A stretch of DNA of 32,013 nucleotides from Promethearchaeota archaeon (GCA_019058015.1 JAHLWH010000138.1:1-32013); one strand, 5' to 3'. Positions 1-9,040 are shown, counted from the stretch's first letter. Notes: generated by a model not told the origin, from the letters alone. Translations and numbers: made by a program.

Positions 1-1283
1 ACACAAATGATGCAAGGTTTTTTGAATTTAGATGAAAGAGTTTTTATAAGTCTTAATGATGGCATAGTGCTTACCCCTAACAACTCTAGGGGTAATCTTG
101 GGACAGTAAAAAGGAACAAGCCACTATCAACATTATGATCGTTGAAAATTGCCTTTAATGCAGGATTAAGAGTAATCATTTGAGATGGTCCTAAATCTAC
201 CGGATTTTTTAATGACACCCAATCAGGAGCCACTGCTCTCATCGATTGAATTGTAACTTCCCCAAGTTTAGCAAGAATAAGTCCTTGTTTTTCTAACTCA
301 TCGCATGCCAAAATTCCGATACTACCAGAGCCAGTTATAATGGCTACATTTTTTCCACTAGGTAAAGGTTGTGTAGCAAAAACTTGAGCAATATTAAACA
401 TTTCATAAAAATTATCTACTCGAAAAGTACATGGATATTGCTTAAAGATAGCGTCAAATATCCGATCATTACCAGCTAATGACCCAGTATGACTTTTAAT
501 TGCGTTAGAACCCAGTTCACTTCTCCCGTTTTTAAGAATTATAATTGGTTTTGTTATTTTTTTCAAGACTTCGATAAAAGCATCACCTCTCTTTACTCCT
601 TCTAAGTATATTGTTATCACTTTAGTATCTGGATCATTTTCAAAATATTCTATCATATCAATTTCATCGACATCAATCTTGTTCCCTAGCGTTACAATCT
701 TTGAGAAACCGATCTTCTGACCAGTACTAGCCCAATCAATAAATACATTTCCTAAAACACCAGATTGAGCAATAATTGCAATATTACCCTTCACCGTTTT
801 TGAAAAATCTACATCAGAACTAGTAAATTCATTATAGAAATTCGTAACACCTACGCAATTAGGGCCAATTATACGAACATTAGATCTTTTAGCGATTTCC
901 TCTAATTCCTCTTGATATTTAATATATCTCTTAATACCTGTCTCTGCAAAACCAGCTGTTTCTATTATTATTCCTTTTACATGCTTATCTACGCAATCTT
1001 TTACAGCTTGAACTACACTCTCATTTCCTACTAAAATTATTGCTAAATCAATATTATTAGGAATATCCTTTATGTTTTTATATGTTTTATGACCAAAAAT
1101 AACATCTTTATATAAATGCACTGGGTATGTCTTAAATTTTGAATTTAATAAATATTTGGTGTTCCAAAAACCAAATCTTGGACTATCAGAAGCTCCGATA
1201 ATTGCTATTATTTTTGGATCGAAAAAGAAATTTAAACTAGACTGCTCTAAATTATTTGTATTTTGTTTTATTTCATTCTCCAT
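1..1283 (-). CDS. acdA: Acetate--CoA ligase (ADP-forming) alpha-type subunit / CoA-binding protein, 3' end outside window
   Basis: Absent from the ORF track because it has no stop in the window. Manual translation from ATG at 1283 gives MENEIKQ...FFDPKIIAIIGASD...IIIETAGFAETG...RIIGPNCVG...IAQSGV...LGNKIDVDE...YLEG...LKNGRSELG...SHTGSLAG, which are ACD alpha motifs. Confidence 0.9.
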   Translation of the reverse strand, partial: MENEIKQNTNNLEQSSLNFFFDPKIIAIIGASDSPRFGFWNTKYLLNSKFKTYPVHLYKDVIFGHKTYKNIKDIPNNIDLAIILVGNESVVQAVKDCVDKHVKGIIIETAGFAETGIKRYIKYQEELEEIAKRSNVRIIGPNCVGVTNFYNEFTSSDVDFSKTVKGNIAIIAQSGVLGNVFIDWASTGQKIGFSKIVTLGNKIDVDEIDMIEYFENDPDTKVITIYLEGVKRGDAFIEVLKKITKPIIILKNGRSELGSNAIKSHTGSLAGNDRIFDAIFKQYPCTFRVDNFYEMFNIAQVFATQPLPSGKNVAIITGSGSIGILACDELEKQGLILAKLGEVTIQSMRAVAPDWVSLKNPVDLGPSQMITLNPALKAIFNDHNVDSGLFLFTVPRLPLELLGVSTMPSLRLIKTLSSKFKKPCIIC

Positions 1284-1482
1284 AATTTTTTTAATATTCT
1301 CACGTTTAATAATGTTGATCTAAAATAGAAAGAAAAATTGAGATTTAATAAATTAATAAGTATATTTTTTTATTAGATTTCCTTTTTGTAAAATAATAAT
1401 TTCATTTAGGATATACCATCAATAGGTTTTTTGTTGATAAAAGCAAATTAATTATTAATTGTAGTTATAAGGAGATTAAAAG

Positions 1483-1776
1483 GTGAAAAATAAAGAAGAA
1501 ATTATAAAAAAAATTAAGGAAAATCTCCCATTTTTAAAAAAAACATTTAATGTTAAAATAATTGGTTTATTTGGGGCTTATGTGAGAGGGGAGCAACGAG
1601 AAGAAAGTGATGTTGATATTCTTGTAGATTTTCTGAAACCTATAGGATTCTTTAAATTTATAGAATTGGAAAATTATCTAATTGAAAAATTAGAAATTAA
1701 AGTTGATTTGATTCCCATAGATGCTTTAAAATCTTTAATAAAACCCTACATTCTAAAGGAGGTTATTTATGTCTAA
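1483..1776 (+). CDS. Minimal nucleotidyltransferase (MNT/MntA-type antitoxin)
   Basis: 97 aa with GLFGAYVRGEQREESDVDILVDF, i.e. the G(S)x10DxD motif with Ser replaced by Ala. Directly upstream of a HEPN gene. Confidence 0.85.
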   Translation: MKNKEEIIKKIKENLPFLKKTFNVKIIGLFGAYVRGEQREESDVDILVDFLKPIGFFKFIELENYLIEKLEIKVDLIPIDALKSLIKPYILKEVIYV

Positions 1777-2121
1777 AATTAGAGCTGTTCAAATTTTTCT
1801 GGAGGATATTCTTGAATCTATAAAAAAAAAAATAAATATACTCATGGTATCAGTTATAATGAATTTTTACAAGATGAGAAAACCCAGGATGCTGTCGTGA
1901 GAAATTTAGAGATAATAGGTGAGGCTGTAAAAAATATTCCTAATGATTTTAAAGAAAAACATCTGGGAATAAATTGGAAATTAATAGTTGGAATGAGGAA
2001 TAAACTTATTCATCGATATTTTGGTGTTAGCCAATTGATTGTGTGGGAAACGATAAAAACCGATATCTCAGAATTAAAACCAAAGATTGAAGAGATTTTA
2101 GAAGAAATAAAAGCTAAGTAA
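1769..2121 (+). pseudogene. HEPN/DUF86 (HepT-type) RNase toxin, frameshifted at an A11 tract
   Basis: ATG 1769 (SD GGAGG, overlapping the MNT stop) reads MSKIRAVQIFLEDILESIKK. The continuation KYTHGISYNEFLQDEKTQDAVVRNLEIIGEA...RNKLIHRY (Rx4HxY) is in another frame, and the switch falls in the A run at 1822-1832. Confidence 0.8.
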
Positions 2122-2311
2122 TGAAATAATCTAATACACTTTTATTAAGAAATTTTATTTTCCATTAAATTTTTAAAAACTTTTAAACAATATACCTTTT
2201 TAATCCATAACAAATAATAATTTATTATTTAAATCTGAAAGCTAATTAGAAATTATTAAATTAAAATGATTATAGAGAATAATGGAGGTATTTTACAAAA
2301 AGGTGTAAAAA

Positions 2312-4240
2312 ATGTCTGATGTTCGCATTGGTGTATTTGTTTGTAGATGAGGTATAAATATTGCGGGGGTTGTCGATGTTTCAAAAACCGTCGAAGAGCT
2401 GGATAAAGAAGAAAATGTCTGGGCTTGGGAGTACTTAAATATATGCACGGACACAGGAGCAGATTTTATTACTGAAAAGATAGAAGAAAAAAATCTTGAA
2501 AGGGTTGTTGTAGCGGCTTGCACTCCAAGAACACATCAACCAGTATTTCACAGTATCCTAAAAGATGCAGGCTTGCCTCCACGAATGCTTGAATTTGTAA
2601 ATATCAGAGAGCATTGTAGTTTTGTCCATATGTCAGAACCAGAAGAAGCAACTGTAAAGGCAATTGAATTAATCAAAGCAGGTATCGCGAGAGCAAATTT
2701 ATTAGAAGCTGTGCCAACCAAAATAGTTCCCGTAAAGAAATCTGCTTTAGTTGTTGGTGGCGGAATAGCGGGTTTGACAGCAGCTATTGATTTAGGAAAT
2801 GAAGGCTTTAAAGTCACTCTAGTAGAAAAAAAATCTACTACGGGTGGAAGAATGGCTCAATTGGATCGAACTTTCCCAACAGATGATTGTAGTATCTGAA
2901 TCTTGGGTCCTAAAATGTTAGAAGCAAATCGTCATCCTAATATTACTATAATGTCTCTAGCTGAAATAAAAGAGATAACAGGATATATTGGAAACTTCGA
3001 AGTTAAGGTACAGAAAAATCCAAGATATGTGTATGAAGAAACTTGCACGGGTTGTGGTCAGTGTACGGATGTTTGTCCAATATACATTCCAAACTATTTC
3101 GATGAAAATTTTTCAGCTAGAAAGTGTATTGACATTGCATTTGCACAAGCAGTTCCAGCAATTTACGACCTTGATAAAGAGTGGTGCGTAGAATGCTATG
3201 CTTGTGTTGATTCGTGTGATGTTCATTGTATTGATTTAAGTCAAGAACCCGAGATTGTTGAACTCGAAGTTGGAACGATTATAATCGCAACCGGTTGGGA
3301 CCTATATCAAGGAGATGAATATGGATACGGAAAATATGAAAATGTAGTAACACAAATTCAACTTGAAAGGATTCTCTCTCCAAATGGTCCAACTCTTGGC
3401 CATTTAAAGCGTCCATCCGATGGAAAGAGACCAAAAAACATATTATTTATTAATTGTGTTGGCTCAAGAAACGAGGAGCATCCGTGGTGCAGTAATGTAT
3501 GCTGTCTTTTATCAGTAAAAAATTCAAAACTAATAAAGTCAGAATATCCAGATGCAAATATTGTGGTTTCATACATAGATATGAGATGTGCAGGGAAAAT
3601 GTATGAAGAATATTATAAGCGTTCCAGAGAAGCCGGAATTATGTATATAAATGGGAAAGTAGGAAAATTAATTGAAGATCCAAAAACTAAGAATCTTGTC
3701 GCTAGTATGGAATCAATTGGGACTGGAGGTATTGTAGAATTTGAAGCTGATTTAGTAGTTCTATCTTCAGCATCATTACCTTCAGCTGGAACTGATGAGA
3801 TTGCACAAGTTCTAAAATTGGAGAAAAGCCCTAGTGGTTTCTTAAAGGAATTTCATCCAAGACTTGATCCCATCGAAACTAAGTCGCCTGGAATCTATAT
3901 TTGTGGTTCTTGCCAAGGGCAAAAAGCGATCGATGCAACTGTCAATCATGCAAGAGGGGCAGCACAAGCTGCTTCAATTCCGATGAACAAAGGAGAATTT
4001 GTTATTGAATTAATTCGGGCTGATCCGATTGATGAAAGGTGTGCAAAATGCTATATGTGTATAGAAACATGCCCTTATAGCGCCATCTCGGTTAATGAAG
4101 CTGGACAAATTGAAGTTGATCTTATAAGTTGTAGAGGATGCGGTATGTGTGCTGCAACTTGTCCATCAATCGCAATTGAGCTTCGTTATTACCGAGATTA
4201 TCAATTCAATGCAGTAATTGACTCATTATTCGAAGCATAA
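2312..4240 (+). CDS. hdrA: Heterodisulfide reductase subunit A, selenoprotein with two Sec (U13, U196), 642 aa
   Basis: One frame from ATG 2312: MSDVRIGVFVCR-TGA(2348-2350)-GINIAGVVDV...VVAACTPRTH...VGGGIAG...RTFPTDDCSI-TGA(2897-2899)-ILGPKM... to TAA 4238-4240. Both TGAs sit at conserved HdrA Cys positions (CxC; DCSxC). This joins track ORFs 2573-2899 and 2903-4240. Confidence 0.95.
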
Positions 4241-4259
4241 ACAAAAGGAGGAAAAAATC

Positions 4260-4688
4260 ATGAGTTCTGATATAAAGATTGCATCCTTTATGTGTTGGAA
4301 ATGAGGGTATGGCTCTGGTGATATGGCTGGTACTATTCGCGCACAATATCCAATAAGTATTAGACCGATATTAGTTCCTTGCGCTGGAAGAGTTGGTTCA
4401 GAGCTAGTTATGAGAACAATCGGTCGTGGTGCCGATGGAGTTCTAATTGTTGGATGATATCCAGGTGAATGTGATTTCGAAACAGGGAATAAATTTGCAT
4501 GGAGAGAAGTTGAATATCTTAATGAAGTTTTAGATACTATAGGTTTTTCTAATAAAAGAGTTAAAATGGCATTCTGCACTTCTGCAGAAGGACAAAAATT
4601 TCAAAGAGTAGCAACCGAATTTGACAAAGAAATTCGAAAACTAGGAAAAAACCCCCTCAAAAACAAAAATTCCGATAAGAATGAATAA
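4260..4688 (+). CDS. vhuD: MvhD/VhuD/FlpD [2Fe-2S] hydrogenase delta subunit, selenoprotein with two Sec (U15, U66), 142 aa
   Basis: Missed by the ORF track. SD GGAGG, ATG 4260: MSSDIKIASFMCWK-TGA(4302-4304)-GYGSGDMAG...VPCAGRV...GADGVLIVG-TGA(4455-4457)-YPGECDF...SAEG...TAA. The TGAs occupy the CxxC and GCxxGEC cysteines of MvhD. Confidence 0.95.
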
Positions 4689-4739
4689 TGTGAAAAAATC
4701 CTGGTCGCATTATGACTACCTATTGCAATGGGATCGGAA
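4670..4739 (+). promoter_or_regulatory. Eukaryote-like SECIS element for vhuD (and probably hdrA)
   Basis: ATGA(4681-84)-a-TAATGTGA-AAAAA-tcctgg-TCGCATTA-t-GA(4714-15)-c. This gives an AUGA/GA core, an 8-bp stem and an A-rich apical loop. Basal helix TTCCGAT(4670-76)/ATCGGAA(4733-39) and an extra hairpin CCTAT-tgca-ATGGG. Folded by eye. Confidence 0.85.
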
Positions 4740-4801
4740 ATAAGTAATTTTTTTAAAAAAAATACCAAAAAAAAGGTTAATAATTGTAAAATAGTATAGA
4801 A

Positions 4802-5953
4802 TTGGTGAAACTCTTGGAACCAATGGAAGAATTCTTAATAAAATATGAAGATGTTAAAAATATTTTATCATCCCTACTAAAAGAAAAGGTAGTGTCGAAG
4901 ATAATTAGTGGTGAGATCAAAAAAGGTCATTTTGCGTTATCTCCAAAATTGGTATCAACACCAGAAGAATTAAATGATTTACCGCTTTCTCAACTTATTA
5001 CTTATGGTTATGCTCGAACCGATAGTGCATCTAAATATTTACATAAAAATGCAAATGGCGCATTGGACGAAAAAATAGGGCTTATTGCTCGTCCTTGCGA
5101 TACAAGAGCAATAATCGAACTTATTAAATTACATCAAATCAATCCTGATAATTTATTTATTATTGCAATTGAAGATATGGGACTAATCCCGTCTTCAATG
5201 ATTACAAAGATATTTAACAAAAGAAAGGAGTTTGATCAAAGTAAAATAATTCGGGATAAATTAACCGCTGAAAATCTTACCCTTGTCTTAGATGGTGGGA
5301 GTTTAGAGGTTTTGGAGTTTAATGATAATTTAAAAATAGCAGATAATTGTTTGAGATGCCTAAGAAAAGTTCCTGTTATAGGTGATTTATCGATAAGTGA
5401 TATCGGAATCTCCGTAAAATCAGATGATTTAATATTACGTATTTATTCTGAGAAGGGAAAGTCTGCTGTTGAGAAAGCTGGAATTAAAACCAGAAAAATT
5501 CCCGATGACCTAAAAAAACACAATACTGAAAGAGTAGCGACTATTTTAAAAAATGCTGAAGAAAAACGCACTAAAGATTTGGAAGAATGGAAAACTATGA
5601 ATCAAGATGAAAAATTGGAAATGTTAAACAAATGCACTATGTGTGGTCTCTGCATTCGCGGTTGCCCAGTATGCTACTGTATTGATTGTATTTTAATGCA
5701 AAAACGAAAAGAAAAATCAATTAATAATACTGCATATCAATTAACCCGCGTTGCACATGTCGCTGACAGATGTGTGGAATGCGGTAATTGTGCCAATAAT
5801 TGTCCAATGAACTTACCATTATCTGAATACTTCCAATCATTAATTGATACATTTAAAGAGAAATTTAATTATGTTGCTGGAGAATCAGTTGACGATATTC
5901 CATTCCGCTCTGGTAAAGCAATAAAGGAAATGGAATTAGAAAAAACCGCTTAA
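4802..5953 (+). CDS. F420 hydrogenase/formate dehydrogenase beta subunit-like (FrhB/FdhB) protein with C-terminal 2x[4Fe-4S]
   Basis: KIGLIARPCDTRA, NCLRC, KCTMCGLCIRGCPVCYC and RCVECGNCANNCP, in the usual position after hdrA-mvhD. The start may be a few codons downstream. Confidence 0.8.
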   Translation: MVKLLEPMEEFLIKYEDVKNILSSLLKEKVVSKIISGEIKKGHFALSPKLVSTPEELNDLPLSQLITYGYARTDSASKYLHKNANGALDEKIGLIARPCDTRAIIELIKLHQINPDNLFIIAIEDMGLIPSSMITKIFNKRKEFDQSKIIRDKLTAENLTLVLDGGSLEVLEFNDNLKIADNCLRCLRKVPVIGDLSISDIGISVKSDDLILRIYSEKGKSAVEKAGIKTRKIPDDLKKHNTERVATILKNAEEKRTKDLEEWKTMNQDEKLEMLNKCTMCGLCIRGCPVCYCIDCILMQKRKEKSINNTAYQLTRVAHVADRCVECGNCANNCPMNLPLSEYFQSLIDTFKEKFNYVAGESVDDIPFRSGKAIKEMELEKTA

Positions 5954-5993
5954 AAATATAATTTTTTATTAAATTCTTACTTAATTTTTTTGA

Positions 5994-6062
5994 ATAATTA
6001 AAGGGCGCAACCCTTTTGTCAATCTTTCACTAACATTTTTTGAAAGATATCATCCAAATTAT
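5994..6062 (-). promoter_or_regulatory. Orphan SECIS-like element (copy 1 of a direct repeat)
   Basis: Minus strand ATGA-t-ATCTTTCA-AAAAA-tgttag-TGAAAGAT-t-GA-c with a perfect 8-bp stem, then hairpin AAAGGG-ttgcg-CCCTTT and basal ATAATT/AATTAT. Positions 6001-6060 match 8521-8580 at 56/60 nt. Confidence 0.75.
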
Positions 6063-6199
6063 ATAGGTTTTTTCAGACTCTCAAAATAATTAGTAAAATT
6101 TCCAATCGCTTTTAAAATAAAAATAGTTATGAGATATAAATCGAAGAATTTAAATTCATATTTACTTTTTTATATCCTATTAATTTATTGGGATAAGAA

Positions 6200-6529
6200 A
6201 TGTCAATTATATTATCCAAAAAATCTCAAGAATTCATAAAAAAAAATAAGATCTCTAATTTATTCATCGATATTAATTTTATTGAAGAAAAATGCGTTCA
6301 AATTTATGAACCAAAAATAAAAATAATAGAAAGAACAGATTTAAACGAATATAATAATTTTGAAAGTATATCTTCTGAAAAATTGACTATTTTTTTATCA
6401 GAAAAATTTATCCAAATTTATGGACAATTGACTGAATATTATTTAGATTTTGCTGGCTTTCTTAAAAAAGAGTTGATTATTGAAAATGCTGAACCAATTA
6501 TAAAAAACCTTTGCAAAATTGGAAAATAA
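6200..6529 (+). CDS. Hypothetical protein, possibly a HesB-like / CC-Se-motif family member (single Cys)
   Basis: 109 aa. The layout MSIILSKKSQEFIKK...KCVQIYEPKI...LTIFLS...LDFAGFLKKELII resembles that family by eye only. Confidence 0.45.
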   Translation: MSIILSKKSQEFIKKNKISNLFIDINFIEEKCVQIYEPKIKIIERTDLNEYNNFESISSEKLTIFLSEKFIQIYGQLTEYYLDFAGFLKKELIIENAEPIIKNLCKIGK

Positions 6530-6570
6530 AGTAATTTAAAAAAATATTTACATGGGGATTTCCATAAAAT

Positions 6571-7242
6571 ATGCCAAAATATAATCCAAAAGAAGCAAGG
6601 GATACTAAAAGAAGAAGACAAAAAAGAATCGCAACTCAAAAAAGGAAAAGAAATTTTAGGAGTTTTACTCATTATGCCCCAATAATTGGGGTTATTGTTA
6701 TGTTGTCGATTGTTGTAATATCTATTTTTTATTTAGTTGGAAACGAGAATGAACTGGCGGCTGGAGGAGTTGATGATGACAGTGGAAATAATAATGATAA
6801 TCAACAAAATGAGATTCCTAATTTGTATCAAACAGATTTAACTTTTACGACGATTGAAGGGGATACAATTAAATTAGCAGATCATAAAGGAAAAGTTATT
6901 ATTTTATTTTTCTTTGGCTTAAATTGTTACCCTTGCGATGTTGAAGCTAGTATTTTAATCGATATCGATAATTATTATTCAAATAGTGAGGCATTAATTA
7001 TTCCTATTGCTACTGACCCCACATATTCATATAACGATTTAAATAATTGGAAAAATAATTATAACCCAAGTTGGGATATCGTTCGTGATGATATTTCTCA
7101 CTCATATAGTAGCTATTTCAGCATTGCGTACCTCCCTACAGTAATAATTTTGGACAAAAATGGTAATATTGAAAAAAAAATAATTGGTCCCGATCAAGGA
7201 AGTTATGATAATATAAAAGAGGAAATTGATACATTATTATAA
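6571..7242 (+). CDS. Membrane-anchored TlpA/ResA-like thioredoxin
   Basis: Basic N-terminus, one TM helix, GKVIILFFFGLNCYPC (CxxC) and LPTVIILDKNG (cis-Pro loop). Confidence 0.85.
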   Translation: MPKYNPKEARDTKRRRQKRIATQKRKRNFRSFTHYAPIIGVIVMLSIVVISIFYLVGNENELAAGGVDDDSGNNNDNQQNEIPNLYQTDLTFTTIEGDTIKLADHKGKVIILFFFGLNCYPCDVEASILIDIDNYYSNSEALIIPIATDPTYSYNDLNNWKNNYNPSWDIVRDDISHSYSSYFSIAYLPTVIILDKNGNIEKKIIGPDQGSYDNIKEEIDTLL

Positions 7243-7288
7243 TTAAAGAATATTTTTAACGTATATGAAAAAAGGAGAGATTTAAATA

Positions 7289-8053
7289 ATGGCTGATATA
7301 ATTTTATTTTTATTGGCAATAAGTGGTGGAATAGTTTCTTTTTTAACGCCATGTAATCTAGCAATATTACCATCGTTTATTGCTTATCTTGGAAACCAGG
7401 CAAATTCAACCAAAAAAAGCACTCTAATGAGTTTTTTCTTTTCATTAGGGTTTTGTTGTATGTTTTCGATAATCGCTGCCTTGTTTATAGTTATTTCTGG
7501 TTTTATTAGATTTACATTTTGGTTAAAATTATTCTCAGGTATTGTAATAATATGTTTGGCAATCTATCTCTTCACTGCAAAACAATTTACACGAAAAACT
7601 CCCTTTTATAAATCATCTCAAAAATCTAATATCAAAAATAAGAATTTGAATTCCTCTAAAATAAGTGAAAATACTGAAGAATTTAATATTTTAGAATTAG
7701 ATGATGAAACAATGAAATATGTGGGTTATAGTGGAGCATTTATTCTTGGATTTTCTCTGGGTTCAACTTGGATTGGATGTATTACACCTATTTATTTGGC
7801 AATCGTTACAATTGCTTCGAATCAAGAAAGTTTTATAGTAGGTATGTTTTTATTTTTCTTTTACGCGTTAGGCATGATGATTCCATATTTAATAATAGGT
7901 GCTTCAATAGGAAAAATAAAACAAAGATTTTTTATTAAACTAATTAAGATTGGTTCAAAAATTCAAAAAATATTTACAATTATCTTAATATATATTGGAT
8001 TTGAATTAATTTTATCGGCTTTTGGTATTCCTGGGTTGTTACCTTTTATTTAA
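7289..8053 (+). CDS. ccdA: CcdA/DsbD-type transmembrane electron transporter
   Basis: GIVSFLTPCNLAILP and GFSLGSTWIGCITP motifs, about 6 TM segments, adjacent to a TlpA gene. Confidence 0.88.
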   Translation: MADIILFLLAISGGIVSFLTPCNLAILPSFIAYLGNQANSTKKSTLMSFFFSLGFCCMFSIIAALFIVISGFIRFTFWLKLFSGIVIICLAIYLFTAKQFTRKTPFYKSSQKSNIKNKNLNSSKISENTEEFNILELDDETMKYVGYSGAFILGFSLGSTWIGCITPIYLAIVTIASNQESFIVGMFLFFFYALGMMIPYLIIGASIGKIKQRFFIKLIKIGSKIQKIFTIILIYIGFELILSAFGIPGLLPFI

Positions 8054-8130
8054 ATTTCATCATCACTATTTTATCGGGACTAAATGAAAACTGTTTGTAG
8101 ATTAAATCATTTTATGGAATTTTATATTTT

Positions 8131-8151
8131 GGGAATAACCGGGAATAACCG
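8131..8151. repeat. 10-bp tandem duplication GGGAATAACC x2
   Basis: gggaataacc gggaataacc g is read directly from the sequence. Confidence 0.7.
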
Positions 8152-8509
8152 TCATAATTACTTTAGATTTTCGTATAGCGTTAAACTCTTAAGAGTTCTC
8201 AATATTATACCCTATTTAATAATTAACCCTCAACAATTTTGAACCTAAGTCAAGTTTAAATCTAAACGATCCACAATCATTCAAATATCATTCTTAATTA
8301 TTCAATGTGAAAAAAGAGAAATTTGAAAAGATTTTGAATTATAATTTAAAAAAATTTACAGAAAAGGAAATAATAAGGTAAGATTAAGTAAAACTGATGT
8401 AAGTAGATGATTTAATTTTTCATAAAAATGAAATTTTTTAATAAAACAAGACATCTTTAAAAATAAATTAATTTTATCGTCAAATAACTGATTTTTTAAA
8501 ATAATACTC

Positions 8510-8582
8510 TAAATTTTAAAGAGGGGGCAACCCTTTTGTCAATCTTGCACTAACATTTTTTGAAAGATATCATACAAATTTA
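8510..8582 (-). promoter_or_regulatory. SECIS element downstream of the UGA-UGA gene (copy 2)
   Basis: Minus strand ATGA(8573-70)-t-ATCTTTCA-AAAAA-tgttag-TGCAAGAT-t-GA-c with 7/8 pairs, hairpin AGGG-ttgcc-CCCT and basal TAAATTT/AAATTTA. Spacing is identical to the vhuD SECIS. Confidence 0.8.
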
Positions 8583-8584
8583 AT

Positions 8585-9040
8585 CTATTTCTTTAGTTTT
8601 TTAAAGTAATGGGCAAAATATTCATTTTCTTTTCCGAATTTTTTCATAATGATCTTTTTGAGTGAACCCATATCTAATCGTTGCTTGACCTTTTCTCATC
8701 AACATCCAGCATCAGGATGTAGCTTAATCTCACTATCTGGATACAAATTGAAATCCAAATTATCCCGAAGAGGCATAAACTGTCTATTAGGTCCATAAGC
8801 ATTCACAGCGCAGTCGTCGTATATCTCATTTTTTTGTGGATTCCAGAATAATTGTAGATAAGTTTTAATATAGCCCTCATATAAAGGGAATGGAGAATTT
8901 TCTGGATTTTCTAAAACATGTTTATCCACAATAGCTAATGCTTCAATAAATTTAGCGTCGTCCTTTACTAATACCTCATATTTTTTACCTTCATTGAGCC
9001 CTTTTACAGGTGCAAAAATTGTAAATTCAATTTTTTTAAT
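8585..9040 (-). CDS. Candidate novel selenoprotein with a Cys-Sec-Sec motif (about 151 aa), possibly beta-grasp-like N-terminal domain
   Basis: The frame is open from ATT 9040 (after SD-like GGTGGTG): IKKIEFTIFAPVKG...KLHPDAGC-TGA(8701-8699)-TGA(8698-8696)-EKVKQRLDMGSLKKIIMKKFGKENEYFAHYFKKLKK-TAG(8587-8585). The SECIS core follows 11 nt later. The start codon is uncertain. Confidence 0.7.

Noticed and set aside
2312-4688. hdrA and vhuD as nonsense-disrupted pseudogenes, or a genome-wide UGA reassignment
   Set aside because: All four TGAs fall on conserved Cys positions and a SECIS follows. TGG is used for Trp, and TGA acts as a normal stop elsewhere (e.g. 12823-12825).
8054-8509. Long intergenic region as an ncRNA, CRISPR array or gene remnant
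   Set aside because: Only a 10-bp tandem duplication was found. There are no spaced repeats, C/D boxes in proper order, convincing stem or recognisable reading frame.
6001-8580. The 60-bp direct repeat as IS/MITE ends of a composite transposon
   Set aside because: No transposase, inverted partner or target-site duplication is visible, and the repeat folds into the same SECIS geometry as the vhuD element. Not fully excluded without a genome-wide copy count.
8622-8699. 25-aa ORF MRKGQATIRYGFTQKDHYEKIRKRK starting at the TGATG overlap
   Set aside because: It is very short with no recognisable motif. The protein-level similarity to the 6060-6110 remnant is in the UGA-readthrough frame, not this one.
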